Shown here piece after piece: positions 7,760-14,286 of a stretch of 14,286 nt of DNA. The notes under the pieces are model-generated. The model searched no databases, had not been told where the DNA came from, and saw only the letters and a program-made list of their open reading frames with translations. The stretch's first letter is position 1; each line of letters starts with the position of its first letter. The position numbers and the translations under genes are program-made. Source of the stretch: an uncultured archaeon (GTDB lineage Archaea; Iainarchaeota; Iainarchaeia; Iainarchaeales; 1-14-0-10-31-34). The stretch is from the NCBI GenBank assembly GCA_964608675.1, contig CAZSOZ010000009.1:1-14286 (forward strand), in the 5' to 3' direction.

Positions 7760-10033
7760 ATGTCATTTGTTTTTCATCCTTTAATTAAAGAGAATTCCGT
7801 TCAATCAAGGATTTATCAGGAAGTTTTGACTGCAAGAATTCTTGAAAAAGGAAATTCTCTTGTAGTGGCGCCTACTGCTTTAGGAAAAACTGTTGTGGCT
7901 TCAATGGTTTCTGCTTTTTTGCTTGAAAGAAATCCTGAAAAAAAAGTTTTAATGCTTTCTCCGACAAAACCTTTGGCTGTACAGCATCATAAATCATTTC
8001 AAAAGTTTTTGAATTTGCCTGAAAGTTCAATTGCTTTGATGACTGGTTCAATTCCTTCAAAGAAAAGGATTCCTTTATGGAATTCTTCTAAAATTATTTC
8101 TGCTACTCCTCAGTCAATTGAAAACGATTTACTGCAGGGAAAAATTTCTTTTAAGGATGTTGCTTTGCTGGTTTTTGATGAAGCCCATAAAGCAGTCGGA
8201 GATTATTCTTATGTTTTTTTGGCGCAGAATTACATTAAACAGAATCCTCAAGGATTAATTTTGGGTTTAACTGCTTCCCCTGGAGGAAAAAAAGAAAGAA
8301 TTGATGATGTCTGCAAAAACTTGTTTATTAAAAACATTGAAATTAAATCTGAATCTGATGAAGATGTAAAACCTTATGTTAATGAAATTGATGTTGAATG
8401 GATTAAAGTTAATTTGCCTGACTCTTTTCTTGAAATCAAATCTTTGTTAAGGGATTTCATGAAAGAACAGCTTCTTTTCCTTAAAAAATTTGGTTTTGCT
8501 AAAAGCAGTTCAGTTCAATACTTAAATAAAATGAGGCTTTTAGAAATGCAGTCTGCTATAAGAAAAAGAATTGCGTCTTCTTCTGAAAAAAGTTCTGCTT
8601 TGTTTGTTGCTGTTTCAAGGCTTGCTGCTTTACTTAAAGTTTCGCATGCAGAACTTCTTTTGGAAACACAGGGAATAAATTCTTTAAATGATTATTTTTC
8701 CAGAATCAAACTTGATTCAAATAAAACCAAGGCAGCAAAATTTTTGTTGTCGCATTTTTCGATTTCTAAAGCAGTTGATTTAACAAATAAACTGCATCAA
8801 AAAAAAATTGAGCACCCTAAATTAATTCAATTAATTGAAGTTTTAAGAAAGCAGTTTAAAGAAAACCCTGAGAGCAGGGTTTTAGTGTTTAATCATTATC
8901 GGGAGTCGGTTTCTTTTCTTGAAAAAAACTTAAATGAATTTTCTGAAATAAAAGCAAAAAAGTTTGTTGGGCAGGCTTCAAAAGACAAAGTTAAGGGAAT
9001 GACTCAAAAGGAGCAAATTCAAGCAATAAATGAATTAAGAGAAGGAATATACAATACTTTAATCTGCACGTCAGTTGCAGAAGAAGGCCTTGATATTCCT
9101 GCAGTAGATTTAGTTGTTTTTTTTGAGCCTGTTCCTTCTGAAATAAGAACTATTCAGAGAAGAGGCCGTACTGGAAGGCTTTCAAAAGGAAAAACAATTA
9201 TTTTAATGGCAAAAGACACCAGAGATGAAGTTTTTTATTGGACAAGCATTGCAAAAGAAAAAAAAATGAAATCCACTTTAAACAGAATGAAACAAAGTTC
9301 TTCTGATTTAAGTGATTTGTCTTCAAGAAAAATGGATTCTCAGACTACTTTGAATTCTTTTTCTAATAAAAATGATTTTGTTTTAATTTTTGTGGATACA
9401 AGAGAGCAGGCTTCTCTTGCAGTAAGGGAATTAAGCAAGATTGTTAATGTTTCAATTAAAATAAAACAGCTTGAATTAGGAGATTATATTTTAAGCGACG
9501 AAGTAATTGTTGAAAGAAAAACCACGGAAGATTTTTTGAATTCAATGCTTGACGGAAGACTTTTTTCTCAGTTAATTGATTTGAGGGCAAACTGCAAGAA
9601 ACCTTTGATGATTGTTGAAGGAAAACAAAAAGACTTGTTTACTTTGAGAAACATTCATGAAAATGCAGTTAAGGGTGCGCTTTCTTCTATTTTATTGGAT
9701 TATCAAGTTCCTATTCTTTTCACTGAATCAATTCAGGAAACAGTTTCTTTTCTGCATTTGATTGCAAAAAGAGAACAGCTGGGAAAAGCAAAAGAAATTC
9801 GTTTGAGAGTCGGAAGAAAAGGATTGAGTGAAAACGAATTACAGCAGTTTGTAGTTGAATCTCTGCCGTCAATTGGTCCAACCCTTGCAAAAAACTTGTT
9901 AAAGGAATTTGGTTCAATAAAAAAAATATTTAATGCAAACGAAAAAGAATTAATGAAAGCAGATAAAATCGGAGAAAAGAAAGCAAAAGAAATAAGAAAA
10001 TTAATTGATTCTGATTATAAAGAAAAACAATAA
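7760..10033 (+). CDS. hef: Hef helicase-nuclease (FANCM/XPF-like: SF2 DEAH helicase, ERCC4 nuclease, HhH)
   Basis: RIYQ, PTALGKT, DEAH, LTASPG, TSVAEEGLDIP and QRRGRTGR in the helicase; VDTRE, GDY and VERKT in the nuclease; LPSIGP and KIGEKKA HhH motifs. The start is at ATG 7760. Confidence 0.95.
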   Translation: MSFVFHPLIKENSVQSRIYQEVLTARILEKGNSLVVAPTALGKTVVASMVSAFLLERNPEKKVLMLSPTKPLAVQHHKSFQKFLNLPESSIALMTGSIPSKKRIPLWNSSKIISATPQSIENDLLQGKISFKDVALLVFDEAHKAVGDYSYVFLAQNYIKQNPQGLILGLTASPGGKKERIDDVCKNLFIKNIEIKSESDEDVKPYVNEIDVEWIKVNLPDSFLEIKSLLRDFMKEQLLFLKKFGFAKSSSVQYLNKMRLLEMQSAIRKRIASSSEKSSALFVAVSRLAALLKVSHAELLLETQGINSLNDYFSRIKLDSNKTKAAKFLLSHFSISKAVDLTNKLHQKKIEHPKLIQLIEVLRKQFKENPESRVLVFNHYRESVSFLEKNLNEFSEIKAKKFVGQASKDKVKGMTQKEQIQAINELREGIYNTLICTSVAEEGLDIPAVDLVVFFEPVPSEIRTIQRRGRTGRLSKGKTIILMAKDTRDEVFYWTSIAKEKKMKSTLNRMKQSSSDLSDLSSRKMDSQTTLNSFSNKNDFVLIFVDTREQASLAVRELSKIVNVSIKIKQLELGDYILSDEVIVERKTTEDFLNSMLDGRLFSQLIDLRANCKKPLMIVEGKQKDLFTLRNIHENAVKGALSSILLDYQVPILFTESIQETVSFLHLIAKREQLGKAKEIRLRVGRKGLSENELQQFVVESLPSIGPTLAKNLLKEFGSIKKIFNANEKELMKADKIGEKKAKEIRKLIDSDYKEKQ

Positions 10034-10101
10034 AAAAACCCAAAAAGTATTTATTAACCTTGCTAGAAATATTTATTGTAGAAAAAAGAGGGTGAAATTA
10101 A

Positions 10102-10467
10102 ATGCCGGGGTTAATTTTGAAGTCAAGTTTATTTCCTTATAGAATGAAATTAAAGAACCGTGAACCAATTGAATTAAGTTTTACTATTGCCAATAATGGA
10201 GTCAAACCAAAACTGGTTTCGTTTGTTTTGGAGCTTCCTCCTCAATTAGGTTTAGATAAAGCAGGAATGAACAGAATTGTAAGAAAAAGACTGCCGAATA
10301 AAATGGCTCCAGGAGAAACAGTTAAATTTTCTTATGAAATTTTTCCTTCAAAAGTAGTTGAAACAGGAAATTATACTGCTTCTTTGAATGTTTCAGAACA
10401 CTTTGAAAACTTTGATTATGAATTAGAAAATAAATCAGAACAAATAACAATAAAAGTAGAGGAATAA
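10102..10467 (+). CDS. Hypothetical protein, predicted Ig-like beta-sandwich without a signal peptide
   Basis: Alternating beta-strand pattern with FTIANNG, LELPPQL, APGETVKFSYEI and GNYTASLNV. It has a strong SD (GAGGGTGA) upstream. Confidence 0.65.
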   Translation: MPGLILKSSLFPYRMKLKNREPIELSFTIANNGVKPKLVSFVLELPPQLGLDKAGMNRIVRKRLPNKMAPGETVKFSYEIFPSKVVETGNYTASLNVSEHFENFDYELENKSEQITIKVEE

Positions 10468-10492
10468 AATTCCTCTGTTTATTTTTTATTTT
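10458..10492. terminator. Stem-loop with T-tracts between the convergent Ig-like gene and ftsZ
   Basis: AGAGGAAT (10458-10465), a 3-nt loop and ATTCCTCT (10469-10476) form a perfect 8-bp stem, followed by T-rich sequence on both strands. Confidence 0.5.
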
Positions 10493-11552
10493 ATATTGAC
10501 CCTAAACCTAATCTTGTTTTGTCTCTTTTTTGTTCCTGCATTGTGCTTAATCTTTTCACTTCTTTTGAGTTCAGACCAGTGAAAATTGAAATTACTTCTA
10601 TTTTGTTTGTGAAAGCCGGATCAATTCTTGCCCCCCAAATTACGCTTGCTTTAGGGTCAATGCTTTCTGTAAGCAATTCTCCTACTTTGTTTGCTTCGCC
10701 TAAAGTCATTTCAGGTCCTCCGGTTATGTGAATTAATGCTCCGGTTGCTCCTGAAACATCTACATCCAACAAAGAATTTTTGAGTGTTTCTCTTACTACT
10801 TCTTCTTCTTTGTTGTTTCCGCTGTTTTCTCCTACTGCAATAACACTTAATTTCTGGTTTTTCATAATTGATTTAACGTCTGCAAAGTCTAAGTTAATTA
10901 ATGATGGTTGTGTAATTGTTTCGGTTATTCCTCTTACTGTTCTTGCTGTTACTTCGTCTGCTACTTTGAATGCATCCTGTATTGGCAGATTTGGAACCAA
11001 ACCAACTAAACGATTATTGTCTATTACTACAACTGTGTCAGTGTTTGCTCTTAAGTTTTCTATTCCTTCTTCTGCTTTAACTAATCTTGCTTTCTCTAAA
11101 GCAAAAGGATAAGTTACGATTGCAATAACTATTGCACCTTGTTCTTTAGCTATTTCTGCAATGATTGGAGCACTTCCTGTTCCTGTTCCTCCGCCCATTC
11201 CTGCTGAAATAAACAGCATGTCAGTGTTGCTTAAAACTTCTTCTAAAGCTTGTCTTGAAACTTCTGCTGCTTTGGCTCCAACATCAGGGTATCCTCCTGC
11301 TCCTAGTCCTCTTGTAACGCTTTTTCCAATTAAAATTTTTGTTAGTTCGTCGTTGATTATTGATAAATGCTGTTTGTCTGTGTTAACTGCAACTAACTGG
11401 GCTCCGTTTACTCCCATGCTGGATATTCTGTTAACTGTATTGCATCCTGCTCCTCCTGTTCCAATAACCATTATTCTTGGAGCAAGTGATTCGTGTTCAT
11501 TTTTGTTTTCAATTGAACCGGTTTTCAAAGCATTTTCCATTAAAGATTTCAT
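10491..11552 (-). CDS. ftsZ: Cell division protein FtsZ, archaeal FtsZ2-like
   Basis: GTGGAGCN, NTDKQHL, GLGAGG.P, GMGGGTGTG (tubulin signature), INLDFAD (T7 loop) and IWGAR. AKEQGAIV, KAEEG, VPNLPI and ETITQPSL resemble the FtsZ2 subfamily as I recall it. Confidence 0.96.
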   Translation of the reverse strand: MKSLMENALKTGSIENKNEHESLAPRIMVIGTGGAGCNTVNRISSMGVNGAQLVAVNTDKQHLSIINDELTKILIGKSVTRGLGAGGYPDVGAKAAEVSRQALEEVLSNTDMLFISAGMGGGTGTGSAPIIAEIAKEQGAIVIAIVTYPFALEKARLVKAEEGIENLRANTDTVVVIDNNRLVGLVPNLPIQDAFKVADEVTARTVRGITETITQPSLINLDFADVKSIMKNQKLSVIAVGENSGNNKEEEVVRETLKNSLLDVDVSGATGALIHITGGPEMTLGEANKVGELLTESIDPKASVIWGARIDPAFTNKIEVISIFTGLNSKEVKRLSTMQEQKRDKTRLGLGSI

Positions 11553-11626
11553 TTATCCCCCTTCTCCTGCTTTTTTTTATACTTAAAAAACTGTTTGTAA
11601 GTTATTAAATAGTTTTTTGTTTTTTT

Positions 11627-13039
11627 TTATTTTTTTTCAGGTTTTGCATTTAAATTAAATTTTATTATTTTTGATGAATCACTGTCAAAAACATAGTTCA
11701 TAAAACTGCATTCTGCTTCCAGCAAACCATTTTTGAAGTTTCTGGAATTCAATCCTGCACTGAATACAAAAAAATAGTTTGCTTTGAATTTGTCTGCTTC
11801 AATGAAAATTTTATTGCAGTCAGAAGTTGAAATAATTTCTTTCATGGATTCATTTCTTTTATTTAAATCAGGTGCAAATTCAAAGTAGCCGTCAATTACT
11901 ATAGGTCTTTTTCCAAGTTCAGCTAAAGCATGCCCTCTGTCCCAAACCGAAAAAATATTTGCATCTTTTTCTGTGTATTCATTGAACCATTTCATTGCAG
12001 TTTTTTCTGTTAGACTAAAACTTCTTCCGCTGAATTGTATTTTGGGAACAAAAACAATTAATCCCATAATTAAAATCAACAAAAAAAAGATTTTAGTGTA
12101 AGGCCTTATTTTTTTTAGTATAATTGAAAACCCTTGTCCTGCTAAAATTGCAGCAGGAAAAGCAACAAAAATTCCCAGTCTTGTTCCGAATACTCCGTAA
12201 AATAATTCAAACAAAAACCATGAAATCAAAAAAAAATTTGTTTTTTTTGATTTAAATATTCCAATTAAAATGAAAATCCATGAAAACATCATTAAAGTAA
12301 GCTGAGAAAATAAAGTTGCTTTAGCCATTTCTGATGATTCAAATGAAACCTTTGAAACATACTCTGAATAATGATAAGGAAGCGAATTAAGCCATAAAAG
12401 AAAAATTAAAATCATTCCTTCAATTATGATCAGAATTTTTTTTGCATTCAAACCGGTTTTTTTTATTTTTGTAATTATAATCCAGACAAACAAAAATAAA
12501 ATCAAGTTCATTGAAGAAAGAGGATGCAATAACATTTGTGTGATTCCAAGAAGAAAAGCAATCCTGTATTTTTTGCAGTAAATTAAATAAATTATTGCAG
12601 GAATAAAAAGCAAGGCTAGTCCGTCAGGTCTTATGTTCCCTGAAGTTCGGATTGCATGATAAAGCATGGTTGCAAGAAAAAAAGCCGAATAAATTCCTGT
12701 TTTTTCATCAAAAATTTTTCTTGCAAAAACAAAAACAAGAAGAACGCCCATTAAACCGTATAAAATTACAGTTAAATGCATCATTAATTCTAAAGGCATT
12801 TCTGAAAGCAGATGCAGTTCAGAGAACAACACGTGATATAATGGAGCATAAGAATAATATCTTCCCTGCATAGATAATTCATCATGAATAGGAACTCTTT
12901 TTTCTGCAATGACTTTTTCTGTCATTCTTAAATGAAAATAGTTGTCAGGTTCTCCGAAAGAATTAAATAAAAGATAAGGGCTTCTCAAAATAAATCCTAA
13001 AATAAGAATCAAAAACAATGCAATAAAAATTTTTTTCAT
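11627..13039 (-). CDS. Short STT3/AglB-like GT-C membrane glycosyltransferase
   Basis: N-terminal TM ending in LR, EPDNYFHLR in external loop 1, many TM segments, RPDG, then A..W...T..DA.IFSVWDRGH...GKRP..DG, which corresponds to the STT3 WWDYG region. Confidence 0.72.
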   Translation of the reverse strand: MKKIFIALFLILILGFILRSPYLLFNSFGEPDNYFHLRMTEKVIAEKRVPIHDELSMQGRYYSYAPLYHVLFSELHLLSEMPLELMMHLTVILYGLMGVLLVFVFARKIFDEKTGIYSAFFLATMLYHAIRTSGNIRPDGLALLFIPAIIYLIYCKKYRIAFLLGITQMLLHPLSSMNLILFLFVWIIITKIKKTGLNAKKILIIIEGMILIFLLWLNSLPYHYSEYVSKVSFESSEMAKATLFSQLTLMMFSWIFILIGIFKSKKTNFFLISWFLFELFYGVFGTRLGIFVAFPAAILAGQGFSIILKKIRPYTKIFFLLILIMGLIVFVPKIQFSGRSFSLTEKTAMKWFNEYTEKDANIFSVWDRGHALAELGKRPIVIDGYFEFAPDLNKRNESMKEIISTSDCNKIFIEADKFKANYFFVFSAGLNSRNFKNGLLEAECSFMNYVFDSDSSKIIKFNLNAKPEKK

Positions 13040-13545
13040 TTCAATCCCGTTAAAGCGCTTTTTTCAATAAAAAAATTGTTTATTCTTTCATTAAAGTTTT
13101 CTCCAAAACCTTTCAAAGTCTTTTGATTCAAGCCTTTTTTTCCTGCAATTTTTTTCAGCCTTTTTTTGTCATACAATAATTTATTGTTTTCTTTTATTTT
13201 AAATATTTTTTTTAATTTTTTAATTTTTTCGCCTGCTTTTTTTTGGTTTTTTTCAAATGCAATCAGACAGCATTCTTTTGTTTTATTTAATTCAATTTTT
13301 TTTTGCATTGCTGAAATCTGGGTTTCTCCTAAAATTTTTTTTAAGAGTTCAATTGAAGAAAAATTTTTGGGCATGCTTTGAATGCAGACTTCAAGGTGTT
13401 TAATTGATGGAGTACAGTTCAAATTAAATAAAACAAACCTTTTTTTTTGGTTTAACCTAAGGCTTTTTATACTTTTACTAATAGAATTTATTTCTGTTTT
13501 GCCTGTTTTTATTGCATAGAAAACATGGTTTTTTTTGCAAATCAT
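13036..13545 (-). CDS. cgi121: KEOPS complex subunit Cgi121-like protein (divergent)
   Basis: LFN....S.KHL, IELL..ILGETQIS.M and C-terminal FIEKSAL match the Cgi121 HL / EILL..SG.RQI / LE..AL pattern. The 169 aa length fits. Confidence 0.6.
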   Translation of the reverse strand: MICKKNHVFYAIKTGKTEINSISKSIKSLRLNQKKRFVLFNLNCTPSIKHLEVCIQSMPKNFSSIELLKKILGETQISAMQKKIELNKTKECCLIAFEKNQKKAGEKIKKLKKIFKIKENNKLLYDKKRLKKIAGKKGLNQKTLKGFGENFNERINNFFIEKSALTGLK

Positions 13546-13565
13546 AGCAATAATATGGGTTTAAA

Positions 13566-13577
13566 AATTTATAAATT
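13566..13577. promoter_or_regulatory. Palindromic TATA-like element between divergent cgi121 and rps8e
   Basis: AATTTATAAATT is a perfect 12-bp palindrome with a TTTATAAA core, near the middle of a 57-nt intergenic region. Confidence 0.5.
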
Positions 13578-13602
13578 AAAGTGAATAGAAAAGGAGATCA
13601 AA

Positions 13603-14205
13603 ATGGTTCAATGGCATATGAAATCAAGGAAGAAAACAAGCGGGGGCATAAAAAGAACTGACAGAAGAAGCACTAAAAAGCTTGCATGGAGAGGAGGAAC
13701 TTTTTCTGCAACAAAGCTTTCAGAAAAAGAAGAAAGAATTTCAATTAAAGGAAGAGGGAATTCACAAAAAAAACAGTTAAGATATGTAGTTAATGTAAAT
13801 ATTACTGATCCTTCAACCAGCAAAACAAGCAAAGTTAAAATTCTGAATATTGTTGAAAACAATTCCAATAGACAGTATGCCAGAAGAAATATTTTAACTA
13901 AAGGAGCAGTAATTGAAATTGACTTAAATGGAAAAAAGCATGCAAAAGTCACTTCAAGACCAGGACAAGATGGTTCATTGAATGCAGTTTTAATTGAAAA
14001 AATTCAAACTAAACCAAAAAAGAAAAGAAAAACTAAATCAAAAGAAAAGAAAACAGAAGAAAAACCAATTGAAGAAAAAAAGGAATCCAAACCAGAAAAA
14101 GCTGAATCAAAACAAAAAACAGAAAAACAAGAAGAAAAATCAGAAGAAAATAAAAAAGAAGAAACTAAACCTGAAAAAGAACCAAAAGCAAAGGAATCCA
14201 AATAA
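13603..14205 (+). CDS. rps8e: 30S ribosomal protein S8e with a long Lys/Glu-rich C-terminal extension
   Basis: S.KK.SGG, GRGN, N..YARRNILTKGAVIE and AKVTSRPGQDG.LNAVLI are eS8 motifs. An AGGAGA SD lies upstream. Confidence 0.95.
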   Translation: MVQWHMKSRKKTSGGIKRTDRRSTKKLAWRGGTFSATKLSEKEERISIKGRGNSQKKQLRYVVNVNITDPSTSKTSKVKILNIVENNSNRQYARRNILTKGAVIEIDLNGKKHAKVTSRPGQDGSLNAVLIEKIQTKPKKKRKTKSKEKKTEEKPIEEKKESKPEKAESKQKTEKQEEKSEENKKEETKPEKEPKAKESK

Positions 14206-14286
14206 GAAAAAAAAGTAAATCAAATAAAAATATTTTTTTTAATTATTTTTTATATTTTTTTATGTGTTTTTTTTGAATTCACATTT

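Noticed and set aside
7760-10033. Hef as an anti-phage helicase-nuclease or intein-containing gene
   Set aside because: The domain order and length match the ordinary archaeal Hef repair protein, with no insertion or intein motifs evident.
10519-11586. + strand ORFs 10519, 10780 and 11161
   Set aside because: They are antisense shadows of ftsZ.
13994-14218. Alternative-frame K/N/Q-rich ORF and antisense ORF over the eS8 tail, suggesting a programmed frameshift or overlapping gene
   Set aside because: Low-complexity A-rich sequence naturally lacks stops in other frames, and eS8 reads through in frame without any shift.

Overview
A very AT-rich, gene-dense archaeal chromosomal segment. The gene set (archaeal TyrRS, Hef, HMf-type histone, FtsZ2, Cgi121, eS8) and compact spacing suggest a DPANN-type archaeon, which is an inference. 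The order is tyrS, a Yip1-like membrane protein, hsp20, cysS and a truncated CPA2/Kef antiporter fragment (all +), then nadE-nadC-nadD (-), cmk (+), histone (-), a small basic winged-helix-like protein (+), Hef (+), an Ig-like protein (+), ftsZ2 (-), a short STT3/AglB-like glycosyltransferase coupled to a Cgi121-like gene (-), and rps8e with a long charged tail (+). I saw no rRNA, tRNA, CRISPR array or transposase. The three most interesting points are: (i) a divergent pair of a variant histone and a winged-helix protein with a basic tail, beside Hef; (ii) a quinolinate-to-NAD cassette with a degenerate bacterial-type NadD, no nadA/nadB in the window, and a truncated antiporter abutting it; (iii) a miniature STT3-like enzyme with an altered WWDYG motif. 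All product calls come from motif recognition by eye, with no database searches.
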